A model generated the notes under the pieces. It saw nothing but the letters and a program-made list of their open reading frames with translations. It was not told where the DNA came from and ran no database searches. A stretch of 64,000 nucleotides of DNA, from positions 2,339-66,338 of the forward strand of contig CAINTR010000204.1 of the NCBI GenBank assembly GCA_903853455.1, given 5' to 3'. Both the position numbers and the translations under genes were made by a program. The stretch comes from an uncultured Magnetospirillum sp. (lineage in GTDB: Bacteria > Pseudomonadota > Alphaproteobacteria > Rhodospirillales > Magnetospirillaceae). Of this stretch, positions 40,660 to 50,593 are shown piece after piece (position 1 is the first letter of the stretch; each line of letters starts with the position of its first letter).

Positions 40660-42591
40660 CTACTCGGCGGCCATCTGGCGGGCGGGCGGCGGCAACAGGG
40701 TCACCACCTTCAGCTCGGTCTTGACCCTTGTGGTGGTGCCGTCCTGGAAGGTGATGACGGCGTCCACCGGCACCATCTCGCGGTCGCCGTAGACCGAATC
40801 GATGATGTCGCCGTATTTGTCGTTGATGACGCCGCGCCGCACCTTGCGGGTGCGGGTCAGCTCGCCGTCGTCGGCGTCCAACTCCTTGTAGAGCAGCAGG
40901 AATTTGCGGATGCGCTGGGGCTCGGGCAGGGTCTGGTTGACCTTTTCGACCTCGGCGGTCAGCAGGTCGTAGACCTGCGGCTGGGCCGACAGGTTGGTGT
41001 AGTTGGTGAACGAGATGCCCTTGCTCTCCGCCCATTTGGACACGATGGAAAAGCGGATGCAGATGATGGCCGACAGATAGGGCTTGGTGTCGCCCAGGAT
41101 CACCGCCTCGGCGATGAAGGGCGAGAATTTCAGCTTGTTCTCGATGAATTGCGGCGAGAAGCGCACCCCCAGGGCGGTGGTGGCCAGATCCTTGATACGG
41201 TCGATCACCACCAGATGACCGTTCTCGGGCTTGATGTAGCCGGCGTCGCCGGTCTTCAGCCAGCCGCCCGGCAGCATGTCGACCTGACTGGTTTCCGGGC
41301 TCTTGTAATAGCCGCAGAACATGCCGTCGGTCTGGGCCACGATCTCGCCGACCCCGTTGACGTCGGGGTTGTCGATGCGGATCTTGGCGTCGTCGAACGG
41401 GATGCCGACGCTGTCGAAGTCGATGTCGCCGGCACGGTGGACGGTGTAGGCGCCGGCCAGTTCGGTCTGGCCGTAGATCTGGCGCAGCGGCACCCCCATG
41501 GCCAGGAAGAAGCGGAAGGTCTCCGGCCCCAGCGCCGCGCCGCCGGTGGCGGCCGAGCGCAGGAACGAAAAGCCGATGCGGTCGCGCAGCGCCGCGAACA
41601 GGATGATGTCGGCCAGCTTCGACCGCTTGCCCCGGTCCAGCGCCTTCATGCCCAGCTTCATGCCCAGGTCGAACATCGCCTGCTTGAAGCGGGTGGAGTC
41701 CATCATGCGCGAGCGCACGTCGGCGGCGATGCTTTCCCACATGCGCGGCGCCAGCAGGACGAAATTGGGGCCGATTTCCCGCATGTCGGCCATCATCGTC
41801 TCGGGCTCCTCGACGAAGTTGACGATGTTGCGGCAGATCAGCGGCTGGGTGACGGCGTAGATCTGCTCCATGATCCAGGGCAGCGGCAGCACCGAGACGT
41901 AGTCGTCGCCGGCCTGCTTGGGATCGGCGCGCAAGTAAGCGGTGGCGTGGCGCAGGAACGGCCCGGCCTGGAGCATGGCCAGCTTGGGATGGGAGGTGGT
42001 GCCCGAGGTGGTGCACAGGATGGCGACGTCGTCGCCCTTGCCCAGGGCGACCTCGGCCTCGAACAGGCCGGGCTGACGCTCGGCCAGTTCCACCGCCTTG
42101 ACCTTCAGATCCTCATAGCTGATCAGCCGGTCGTCTTGGTATTTGCGCATGCCGCGCGGATCGAAATAGACGATGTGGCGCAAGCTGGGGACCTCGGCGG
42201 AAATCTCCAGCAGCTTGTCCACCTGCTCCTCGTCCTCGGCCAGCACGGTAGTGGCGCCGGTATAGGTCAGCAGATAGGCCACTTCCTTGTTCATGGAATC
42301 GTGGTAGACGCCCAGCGACAGCGCTCCCAGGGCATGGGTCGCCACCTCGCCCCAGACGCATTCGGGGCGGTTCTTGCCCAGGATGGCCACCACGTCGCCG
42401 CGCTTGACCCCGAGCGCGTGCATGCCGAGCGCCAGCATCTTCACCCGCTCCAGGTAGTCGGCCCAACTGAAGCTGTTCCAGATGCCGAATTCCTTCTCCC
42501 GCATGGCGATGTCGCCGGGCCAGGTCCGGGCGTTGTGCATCAGCGCCTTGGGGAAGGTGTCGTGGATGGCGGAGTCGAGATACTCGGTCAT
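40660..42591 (-). CDS. Long-chain acyl-CoA synthetase (FadD-like)
   Basis: TSGTTSHPK, YGQTE, GWLKTGD, IDRIKD. Confidence 0.9.
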   Translation of the reverse strand: MTEYLDSAIHDTFPKALMHNARTWPGDIAMREKEFGIWNSFSWADYLERVKMLALGMHALGVKRGDVVAILGKNRPECVWGEVATHALGALSLGVYHDSMNKEVAYLLTYTGATTVLAEDEEQVDKLLEISAEVPSLRHIVYFDPRGMRKYQDDRLISYEDLKVKAVELAERQPGLFEAEVALGKGDDVAILCTTSGTTSHPKLAMLQAGPFLRHATAYLRADPKQAGDDYVSVLPLPWIMEQIYAVTQPLICRNIVNFVEEPETMMADMREIGPNFVLLAPRMWESIAADVRSRMMDSTRFKQAMFDLGMKLGMKALDRGKRSKLADIILFAALRDRIGFSFLRSAATGGAALGPETFRFFLAMGVPLRQIYGQTELAGAYTVHRAGDIDFDSVGIPFDDAKIRIDNPDVNGVGEIVAQTDGMFCGYYKSPETSQVDMLPGGWLKTGDAGYIKPENGHLVVIDRIKDLATTALGVRFSPQFIENKLKFSPFIAEAVILGDTKPYLSAIICIRFSIVSKWAESKGISFTNYTNLSAQPQVYDLLTAEVEKVNQTLPEPQRIRKFLLLYKELDADDGELTRTRKVRRGVINDKYGDIIDSVYGDREMVPVDAVITFQDGTTTRVKTELKVVTLLPPPARQMAAE

Positions 42592-42596
42592 TTGTA

Positions 42597-42697
42597 TTGT
42601 CCCTCAAGCGCCGGGCGGGGCCTCACGGCCCCTTGGCTTTCGCCGCACGAGCGGCGCCGGGCCTTGCCCGCAACTCCGAGCCCGTCGGCTCGTCGGG
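42597..42697 (+). repeat. CCCTCA-CGCCGGG structured repeat, full copy (inside the operon)
   Basis: GGGGCCtcacGGCCCC, GCCGCacgaGCGGC, CGAGCccgtcgGCTCG; between livG and fadD. Confidence 0.9.
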
Positions 42698-42730
42698 CTT
42701 CGTGCATCTCGATGACGCTTCGCTTGCTCA

Positions 42731-43555
<825 letters not shown>

Positions 43556-43686
43556 CCGCCTTGCTCCTGGACGGGCCGGCCCAGCGGCCGACCGCACTTT
43601 CTACCCTGTTGGCGGGCCCCCGTTGAACCGGAGTGCCCCGTATTGCGAAACGAGCATACGTTTTTTTAATTGGCGTGCAAGGGAGT

Positions 43687-44577
43687 TTACGCCTTGCCCC
43701 GCAACATGTGGATGATGCCGGAGAAATCCAGGCCGCCGTCGCCGGCTCCGACCATCATGGCGTAGAGTTGGGCTGCCTCGGCGCCCAGCGGCACGGCGGC
43801 GCCTGCCGCGCCTGCCGCTTCCACCGCCAGCTTGAGGTCCTTCAGCATCATGGCGGCGGCGAAGCCGGCCTTGTAGTCGCGGTTGGCCGGCGAGGTCGCC
43901 ACCGGACCCGGCACCGGGCAATAGGTGGTCATGGACCAGTTTTGCCCCGACGACTTGGAGGCGATGTCGAACAGCTTCTGATGCTCGAGCCCCAGCTTCT
44001 CGGCCAGGGCGAAGGCCTCGCAGGTGCCGATCATGGAGATGCCCAGCAGCATGTTGTTGCAGATCTTGGCGGCCTGGCCGTTGCCGGGGCCGCCGGCATG
44101 GACGATGGTCTTGCCCATGACGTCGAGGAACGGCTTGGCGCGGGCGAAGGCGGCATCGGGGCCGCCGACCATGAAGGTGAGCGTCCCGGCCTCGGCGCCG
44201 CCGACCCCGCCGGAGACCGGGGCGTCGATCATGACGTGACCGGCCTCGGCCGCCGCGGTGGCGACCAGACGGGCGGTGGCCACGTCGATGGTGGAGGAAT
44301 CGATGAACAGGGTGCCGGGAGCGGCGGCGGCGAACAGGCCGTCCTCGCCCAGCATCACCGACTTCACATGGGCGCCGGCCGGCAGCATGGTCACCACCAC
44401 ATCGACGCCCCCGGCCGCCTCGCGGGCGCTGTCCACGGCAGTGGCGCCGGCATCGGCGGCGTGACGGCGAGCGAGGTCCGACAGGTCGAAGGCCCTGACC
44501 GCATGTCCCGCCTTCAGCAGGTTGCGCATCATGGGCGCCCCCATATTGCCCAGACCGATGAATCCGACGCTCGCCAT
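43687..44577 (-). CDS. mmsB: 3-hydroxyisobutyrate dehydrogenase
   Basis: FIGLGNMG, DAPVSGG, AKICNN, KDLKLA. Confidence 0.95.
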   Translation of the reverse strand: MASVGFIGLGNMGAPMMRNLLKAGHAVRAFDLSDLARRHAADAGATAVDSAREAAGGVDVVVTMLPAGAHVKSVMLGEDGLFAAAAPGTLFIDSSTIDVATARLVATAAAEAGHVMIDAPVSGGVGGAEAGTLTFMVGGPDAAFARAKPFLDVMGKTIVHAGGPGNGQAAKICNNMLLGISMIGTCEAFALAEKLGLEHQKLFDIASKSSGQNWSMTTYCPVPGPVATSPANRDYKAGFAAAMMLKDLKLAVEAAGAAGAAVPLGAEAAQLYAMMVGAGDGGLDFSGIIHMLRGKA

Positions 44578-44626
44578 GGTGTCCTCCCTTTCTAAGCCCG
44601 AGCCTTGCGGCTCGTCGATTCCCGAC

Positions 44627-45763
44627 CTATTCCGTCAGCGCCCTGCCGATGATCACCCGCATGATCTCGTTGGAGCCTTCCAGGATCTGGTGCACCCGCA
44701 GGTCGCGCAGATAGCGTTCGATCGGGTATTCCTTGATGTAGCCGTAGCCGCCGTGCAGTTGCAGCGCCGCGTCCACCACCTGGAAGCCCATGTCGGTGGC
44801 GATGCGCTTGGCCATGGCGCAGTGCACCGTCGCCTGCGGCGACTTGCGGTCCAACGAGTCGGCGGCGCGGTGGATCATCAACCGCGCCGCGTCCAATTCG
44901 CTGGCCATGTCGGCGAGGCGGAACTGGGTGGCCTGGAAGCCGGCGATGGGCTGGCCGAACTGCTGGCGCTGCTTGGTGTAGTCGACAGCCAGCTCCAGGC
45001 AGCGCCGGGCGCCCCCTAAGGAACAGGCGCCGATATTGATGCGGCCGCCGTCCAGGCCCTTCATGGCGATCTTGAAGCCGTCGCCCTCGGCGCCGATGCG
45101 GTTGGCGACCGGGATGCGGCAATCCTCGAAGATCACCGAGGCGGTGGGCTGGCTCTTCCAGCCCAGCTTGTTCTCCTGCTTGCCGAAGGACAGGCCGGGG
45201 GTTCCGGCCTCCACCACCACGCAGGAGATGCCCTTGGGGCCGGGGGCGCCGGTGCGGACCATCACCACATAGATGTCCGAGCGGCCGCCGCCGGAGATGA
45301 AGGCCTTGGTGCCGTTCAGGACGTAATGGTCGCCGTCGCGCTCGGCCTTGGTGCGCAAGCTGGCGGCGTCGGAGCCGGCATTGGGCTCGGTCAGGCAATA
45401 GCTGGCGAAGCGGCGCATGGTGGTCAGATCGGGCAGCCAGCGGTGGCGCTGGGCCGCGTCGCCGAAGCTGTCGATCATCCACGACGCCATGTTGTGGATG
45501 GAGATATAGGCGGCGGTGGACGGGCAGGCGGCGGCCAGTTCCTCGAAGATCAGGGCGGCGTCGAGCCGCGACAGCGCCGAGCCGCCCACGTCGTCGCGCA
45601 CATAGATGCCGGCGAAGCCCAACGCGGCCGCCTTGCGCAGGGCGTCTTCCGGGAAGACGCTGTCTTCGTCCCAGCGCGCGGCATGGGGCGCCATCTCGCC
45701 CTCGGCGAAATCGTGGGCCGCACGGCGAAAGGCTTCCTGGTCCTCGGAAAGGCCGAAATCCAT
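44627..45763 (-). CDS. Acyl-CoA dehydrogenase (isobutyryl-CoA type)
   Basis: [43 protein letters not shown]; adjacent to mmsB. Confidence 0.9.
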   Translation of the reverse strand: MDFGLSEDQEAFRRAAHDFAEGEMAPHAARWDEDSVFPEDALRKAAALGFAGIYVRDDVGGSALSRLDAALIFEELAAACPSTAAYISIHNMASWMIDSFGDAAQRHRWLPDLTTMRRFASYCLTEPNAGSDAASLRTKAERDGDHYVLNGTKAFISGGGRSDIYVVMVRTGAPGPKGISCVVVEAGTPGLSFGKQENKLGWKSQPTASVIFEDCRIPVANRIGAEGDGFKIAMKGLDGGRINIGACSLGGARRCLELAVDYTKQRQQFGQPIAGFQATQFRLADMASELDAARLMIHRAADSLDRKSPQATVHCAMAKRIATDMGFQVVDAALQLHGGYGYIKEYPIERYLRDLRVHQILEGSNEIMRVIIGRALTE

Positions 45764-45982
45764 ACGTTTCTGTCCCTGTGCCGAAGTCTGCGCCTCGGTT
45801 GTGCCCAAAGAGGGTATCGATCATTGCGACCGATGGGTAAGGAATTATCACAAGGGATGCGATCGGTCCATATCCTGTATACGGAAACACCTAAATTTGT
45901 GTGCAAGAAAGCGATGCGGCTTAGACATGTTCCCCGGAGCATGTATATTGATGCGGTGACGAGCAGGGGTGCGGGAGACGCC

Positions 45983-46642
45983 ATGACCGAGCAGAAACGG
46001 CCGGCAACACGAGCGGAGGAAATCCGCCAGGCCATCGAGAAAGAGATTTTCCAGGGCGTCCTCCGCCCCGGAACCCGGCTGGACGAGGAGAGTCTCGCCA
46101 CCCGGTTCGGCCTGTCGCGCACCCCGGTGCGGGAAGCCATCCTGCAACTGGTCCATTCCGGCTTGGTGGTCAAGAAACCGCGTCAGGGCGCGGTGGTGGC
46201 GCCGCTGGACCTGCACCGCATGGTCCAGATGTTCGAGGTGATGAGCGAGGTCGAGGGCCTGTGCGCCCGCTTCGCCGCACGCCGCATGTCGCCTGACGAA
46301 AAGGCCCATCTGACCGGCTTGCACGCCACCGCCGCCCGCATGTGCGAGGCCCGCGACCTGGACGAATACTATGCCGTCAACCGTGCCTTCCACGAGGCCA
46401 TCTACGACGGCAGCCACAACGAGGTGCTGCAGGAGATGGCGCGCTCGCTGTTCGCCCGGCTGGCGCCCTATCGGCGCTACCAGCTCAACCACCCCCAGCG
46501 GGTCGAGGGCAGCTTCCACGAACATGGCGAGGTGGTCGCCGCCATCGCCGCCGCCGACCCCGACCGGGCCCAGATGGCCATGCGCAAGCACGTCACCATC
46601 CAGGCGGATATCTTCGCCGAATTCGTGTCCATCATGTCGTAG
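45983..46642 (+). CDS. GntR/FadR-family regulator (MatR-like context)
   Basis: LRPGTRLDE..LA.RFGLSRTPVREA wHTH plus FCD domain. Confidence 0.92.
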   Translation: MTEQKRPATRAEEIRQAIEKEIFQGVLRPGTRLDEESLATRFGLSRTPVREAILQLVHSGLVVKKPRQGAVVAPLDLHRMVQMFEVMSEVEGLCARFAARRMSPDEKAHLTGLHATAARMCEARDLDEYYAVNRAFHEAIYDGSHNEVLQEMARSLFARLAPYRRYQLNHPQRVEGSFHEHGEVVAAIAAADPDRAQMAMRKHVTIQADIFAEFVSIMS

Positions 46643-46644
46643 GA

Positions 46645-46676
46645 TTGTATCCAGAAAATAGTACATCTGGATACAA
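46645..46676. promoter_or_regulatory. Inverted repeat upstream of matB, probable GntR operator
   Basis: TTGTATCCAGA-N10-TCTGGATACAA. Confidence 0.55.
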
Positions 46677-46776
46677 AGCGATGGAATCGTGGCGGCGTGT
46701 GTGCTATCGCGGTTGACAGCAATTGCAAAACGCCGTCATGGCCGGGCATGGCGATGAGGGAAGGAGAGGCGCACCA

Positions 46777-48303
46777 ATGCAGTCCAATCTGTTCGAACTG
46801 TTCCGCTCGCGCTTTCCCGCCGACCGGTCGCGTCCGTTCATCGAGGTTCCCGGTGGCGCCACGCTCAGCTATGGCGAGTTGGAGGCGGCCTCCGCCCGCT
46901 ACGCCCATGTGCTGACCGGCGCCGGGGTCAAGCCGGGCGACCGGGTGGCGGTGCAGGTGGACAAGTCGGCCGAGGCGGTGGTGCTGTATCTGGCCTGCGT
47001 GCGGGCCGGCGCCATCCTGCTGCCGCTCAACACCGCCTATCAGTCCGACGAGTTGGAATACTTTCTGTCCGACGCCGTTCCCGCCGCCGTGGTGTGCCAG
47101 CCCCATCGCCTGTCCGAGTTGGAGGCGCTGGCGGTCAAGGCCGGCATCGTCACCTGCGTGCTGACCCTGGGGGCGAAGGGCGACGGCACCCTGCCCGAGC
47201 GGGCCAAGGGCCAGAGCCCGGAGTTTCCCACCACCAGCCGGGGTGGCGACGACATCGCCGCCATCCTCTATTCCTCGGGCACCACCGGGCGGCCCAAGGG
47301 CGCCATGATGAGCCATACCAATCTGGCCAGCAATTCCCTGACCTTGCACCGGCTGTGGGGGTTCCGGCCCGACGACGTGCTGCTGCATTGCCTGCCCATC
47401 TTCCACACCCACGGGCTGTTCGTGGCGATCAACTGCGTGCTGCTGAACGGCACCGCCATGATCTTCTGTCCCAAATTCGACGCCGAGCAGGCCATCGGAC
47501 TGTTGGAGCGCGCCACCGTGTTCATGGGGGTGCCGACCTTCTACACCCGTCTGGTCGCCAGTTCCCGCCTGACGCCCTCGGCCTGTCGCCATATGCGGCT
47601 GTTCATCTCGGGCTCGGCACCGCTGCTGGAGGAGACCTTCAACACCTTTGCCGCCAAGACCGGCCACACCATCCTGGAACGCTACGGCATGACCGAGGGC
47701 GGCATGTTCACCTCCAACCCGCTGATTGGGGACCGCCGCGCCGGCACGGTCGGCTTTCCCCTGCCGGACGTGGATCTCCGCATCACCGGCGAGGAGGGCC
47801 AGGTGCTGCCTGACGGAGAGGTCGGCATCATCGAGGTCAAGGGGCCCAACATCTTCAAGGGCTACTGGAACATGCCGGAGAAGACCAAGGCCGAGTTCAC
47901 CGAGGACGGCTTCTTCAAGTCCGGCGATGTGGGGGTGATCGACGACCGGGGCTATGTCTCCATCGTCGGCCGCGCCAAGGACCTGATCATCTCGGGCGGC
48001 TACAACGTCTATCCTAAGGAGGTGGAGGACGCCATCGACCGCATGGACGGCGTGGTCGAATCCGCCGTGGTCGGCATGCCGCACCCGGATTTCGGTGAGG
48101 CCGGCCTCGCCGTCGTGGTGGCGCCGACCGATTCCGGCCTGACCCCCGACGGGGTGATCGCCGACCTGCGCGGCCGGCTGGCCAATTACAAGGTGCCCAA
48201 GCAGGTGGTGCTGGTCAGCGACCTGCCGCGCAACGCCATGGGCAAGGTGCAAAAGAACGTGCTGCGCGAGACTTATGCCGCCATGTGGAAAAATGGTCTT
48301 TAG
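46777..48303 (+). CDS. matB: Malonyl-CoA synthetase
   Basis: YSSGTTGRPKG, LPIFHTHGL, ERYGMTE, FKSGD, GRAKDLIISGGYNVYP, PRNAMGKVQK. Confidence 0.88.
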   Translation: MQSNLFELFRSRFPADRSRPFIEVPGGATLSYGELEAASARYAHVLTGAGVKPGDRVAVQVDKSAEAVVLYLACVRAGAILLPLNTAYQSDELEYFLSDAVPAAVVCQPHRLSELEALAVKAGIVTCVLTLGAKGDGTLPERAKGQSPEFPTTSRGGDDIAAILYSSGTTGRPKGAMMSHTNLASNSLTLHRLWGFRPDDVLLHCLPIFHTHGLFVAINCVLLNGTAMIFCPKFDAEQAIGLLERATVFMGVPTFYTRLVASSRLTPSACRHMRLFISGSAPLLEETFNTFAAKTGHTILERYGMTEGGMFTSNPLIGDRRAGTVGFPLPDVDLRITGEEGQVLPDGEVGIIEVKGPNIFKGYWNMPEKTKAEFTEDGFFKSGDVGVIDDRGYVSIVGRAKDLIISGGYNVYPKEVEDAIDRMDGVVESAVVGMPHPDFGEAGLAVVVAPTDSGLTPDGVIADLRGRLANYKVPKQVVLVSDLPRNAMGKVQKNVLRETYAAMWKNGL

Positions 48304-48326
48304 CAAAGGTATTTGGACACGAATGA

Positions 48327-48435
48327 ACACGAATAAGGTCGAATAAGGCTCTCTCCACCGCGTGAATGGCCGGGACGAGCCCGGCCATGACGATAATTAG
48401 GTTAAGCCCCCCTCATCATTCGATCTTATTCGTGT
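48327..48435. repeat. Composite palindrome: 18-bp inverted repeats flanking a CGTC-tagged REP hairpin
   Basis: ACACGAATAAGGTCGAAT (48327) / ATTCGATCTTATTCGTGT (48418) around ATGGCCGGGACGAGCCCGGCCATGACG. Confidence 0.7.
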
Positions 48436-48479
48436 CTCCTTGACCGGCGACCGCCGCGAGGAAAGAAGGAAAGTCGGAA

Positions 48480-49514
48480 ATGCATCAGGACATTCATTTC
48501 GAGCGTACTGGAACTCTGGGCCGCATCGTTCTCGACCGGCCCAAGGCGCTCAACGCCCTGACCCTGGACCAAGTCCACGTCATCCATCCGCAGTTGGACG
48601 CCTGGGCCGCCGATCCGGCCGTCACCGCCGTGGTGATCGAAGGGGCGGGCGAGAAGGCGTTCTGCGCCGGCGGCGACATCAAGCTGCTGTTCGAAGCCTG
48701 CAAGGCCGGCGACCGCGAATTCGTCGCCGCCTTCTACCGTGACGAATACCGGCTGAACCGCCGCATCAAGACCATGCCCAAGCCCTATGTGGCCCTGCTC
48801 GACGGCATCGTCATGGGCGGCGGCGTCGGCGTGTCGGTGCATGGCCGCTTCCGCGTCGCCACCGAGCGCACCCTGTTCGCCATGCCGGAAACCGGCATCG
48901 GCTTCTTCCCCGACGTGGGCGGCAGCCATTTCCTGCCCCATCTGCCCGGCGACATCGGCATGTATCTCGGCCTGACCGGGGCACGGCTGAAGGCGGCCGA
49001 CACCCTGCATGTGGGCGTCGCCACCCATTATGTGGAAAGCGAGCGGTTGCCGGCCCTGCGCGAAGCCCTGTCCGAGGCCCGCGACGCCGCCGAGGTCGAG
49101 GCGACGCTGGCCGGCTTCGCCAGCGATCCCGGCCCCGCCGCAATCGACGACAAGCGCGCCCTGATCGACCGCTGCTTCGGCAAGGCCTCCCTGGCGGAGG
49201 TGCTGGCGGCGCTGGCGGCGGAGTCCGACCCTTGGGCGGCCGAGACCCTGGCCGGTCTCGTCAAGAAGTCGCCCCATCTGGTGGCGGTCAGCTTCGAGAT
49301 GATCCGGCGCGGCCGGACCATGAGCTTCGACGACTGCATGAAAATGGAATTCCGCCTCGCCATGGAACTGGCGCCGGCCCACGATTTCGTCGAGGGGGTG
49401 CGCGCCCTGCTGATCGACCGCGACAACACGCCCGACTGGCGCAAGGCGGGCGCCGCCGCCGAGGTGCTGGCACCGTTCGACACGGTGCCGGCCTGCGGCG
49501 ACCTGACGTTCTAG
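48480..49514 (+). CDS. 3-hydroxyisobutyryl-CoA hydrolase-like enoyl-CoA hydratase family protein
   Basis: LDRPKALNAL, FCAGGD, MGGGVG, FAMPETGIGFFPDVG, DFVEGVRA.LID. Confidence 0.92.
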   Translation: MHQDIHFERTGTLGRIVLDRPKALNALTLDQVHVIHPQLDAWAADPAVTAVVIEGAGEKAFCAGGDIKLLFEACKAGDREFVAAFYRDEYRLNRRIKTMPKPYVALLDGIVMGGGVGVSVHGRFRVATERTLFAMPETGIGFFPDVGGSHFLPHLPGDIGMYLGLTGARLKAADTLHVGVATHYVESERLPALREALSEARDAAEVEATLAGFASDPGPAAIDDKRALIDRCFGKASLAEVLAALAAESDPWAAETLAGLVKKSPHLVAVSFEMIRRGRTMSFDDCMKMEFRLAMELAPAHDFVEGVRALLIDRDNTPDWRKAGAAAEVLAPFDTVPACGDLTF

Positions 49515-49530
49515 AAAGCCGGACGCGACT

Positions 49531-49620
49531 GCGGCCGCGCGCCTCGTGGCGCGGGAGCCAAGGGCCACGGAGGTGGCCCGCCCGGCGCATGAGGGCGTCG
49601 CTGATCGGTTGCGATCAGCG
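49531..49620 (-). repeat. CCCTCA-CGCCGGG structured repeat (reverse orientation)
   Basis: Reverse complement: CGCTGATCGCAACCGATCAGCG..CCCTCATGCGCCGGGC-GGGCCACctccGTGGCCC-TTGGCTCCC-GCGCCacgaGGCGC. Confidence 0.85.
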
Positions 49621-49630
49621 AAATATGGTA

Positions 49631-49951
49631 TCAGTTGTCGCGCGGGCCGCAGCGGCGCGAGCGGTGGTGGCGGTGCTCCTCTTCCGCGGCGCAGCAGCTG
49701 CACAGCCGGGCCTTGGGATTGGCCCGCAGGCGTTCGGGTTCGATGGTGTCGGTGCACGACCGGCACACCCCCGACGACGGCGCTCCGGCCATGCGGCCGA
49801 GAACGGACCTGAGGGCGGCTTCGGTGAAAACTTCAGACCGTTCGGCGGCGTAATCAAGATCGTCCAACCAATCCTCCTCGCGCTTTTGGCGGCTGGAGAG
49901 TGGCAGGCTCGGGCGCCGAGGAACAATGAAGAGTTCGTGTCGGTCGGCCAT
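49631..49951 (-). CDS. TraR/DksA-family C4 zinc-finger protein
   Basis: DDLDYA (DxxDxA) followed by a helix and CRSC-X17-CSCC; 106 aa. Confidence 0.8.
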   Translation of the reverse strand: MADRHELFIVPRRPSLPLSSRQKREEDWLDDLDYAAERSEVFTEAALRSVLGRMAGAPSSGVCRSCTDTIEPERLRANPKARLCSCCAAEEEHRHHRSRRCGPRDN

Positions 49952-50015
49952 GGTGTCGCCATATTTCCGTGGAGAATACAAAGCCCGGACGTTGAAGACG
50001 TCACGGAAGCTTCGC

Positions 50016-50029
50016 TTGAAGGCTTTCAA
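50016..50029. promoter_or_regulatory. FNR/Crp-like palindrome in the divergent promoter
   Basis: TTGAA-GGCT-TTCAA. Confidence 0.4.
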
Positions 50030-50077
50030 CCCGGGGATTAAGCAATGCCCACCGTTCACCGCCGAGATTCTCAGACG

Positions 50078-50287
50078 ATGAGCCCCGCTCACGACGATTT
50101 CCGCCATTGCCCCCATTGCGGCCGCCGCACCCGCCACTCCATCGTGAGCGAGCGGGTCCTGGCGCCGGTTCTGTGGTGCCTGGGCTGCTTCCACACCCGG
50201 GTCGGCGACGACGAGACGTCGGGCCATGCCGCGCCGGCTCCCGTGGCGCGGACCGGCGCAAAGCAGGTCTTCCGCCTGGCGGGTTGA
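50078..50287 (+). CDS. Small zinc-ribbon protein
   Basis: CPHC-X19-CLGC in 69 aa. Confidence 0.6.
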   Translation: MSPAHDDFRHCPHCGRRTRHSIVSERVLAPVLWCLGCFHTRVGDDETSGHAAPAPVARTGAKQVFRLAG

Positions 50288-50352
50288 GGGATGGCGCCGG
50301 CGGCACTACACTTGGCCTCGCCGCCACCGCCCACATCTCAGGATGCCCACAT

Positions 50353-50550
50353 ATGAGCGACGTCGAAGCCCTCAAGGCCGAGGTCAAGAAGCTGAGCGCC
50401 CAGGCGATTCAGTCCAAGATGGACCTGCATGATCTGTCCGAGGAACTTCCCATCAACTGGGAGCGCATTCCCGAGGTGGCCAAGGCCTGCCACGACCTCT
50501 ACGCCCGCCTGACCGACGCCCGCGCCCGCCTGAAGCAAGCGGGGGGATGA
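50353..50550 (+). CDS. CCE_0567-family (Rop-like, nif-associated) small protein
   Basis: LKAEVKKL...A...KMDLHDLSEELP.NW..I...A. Confidence 0.85.
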   Translation: MSDVEALKAEVKKLSAQAIQSKMDLHDLSEELPINWERIPEVAKACHDLYARLTDARARLKQAGG

Positions 50551-50562
50551 GGCCGGTATTTC

Positions 50563-50583
50563 TCTCTCCCTTGAGGGAGAGGG
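50563..50583. repeat. Single CTCTCCC/GGGAGAG REP half
   Basis: CTCTCCCTTGAGGGAGAG hairpin of the same family as 13220 and 26916. Confidence 0.5.
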
Positions 50584-50593
50584 GGCATCGATC

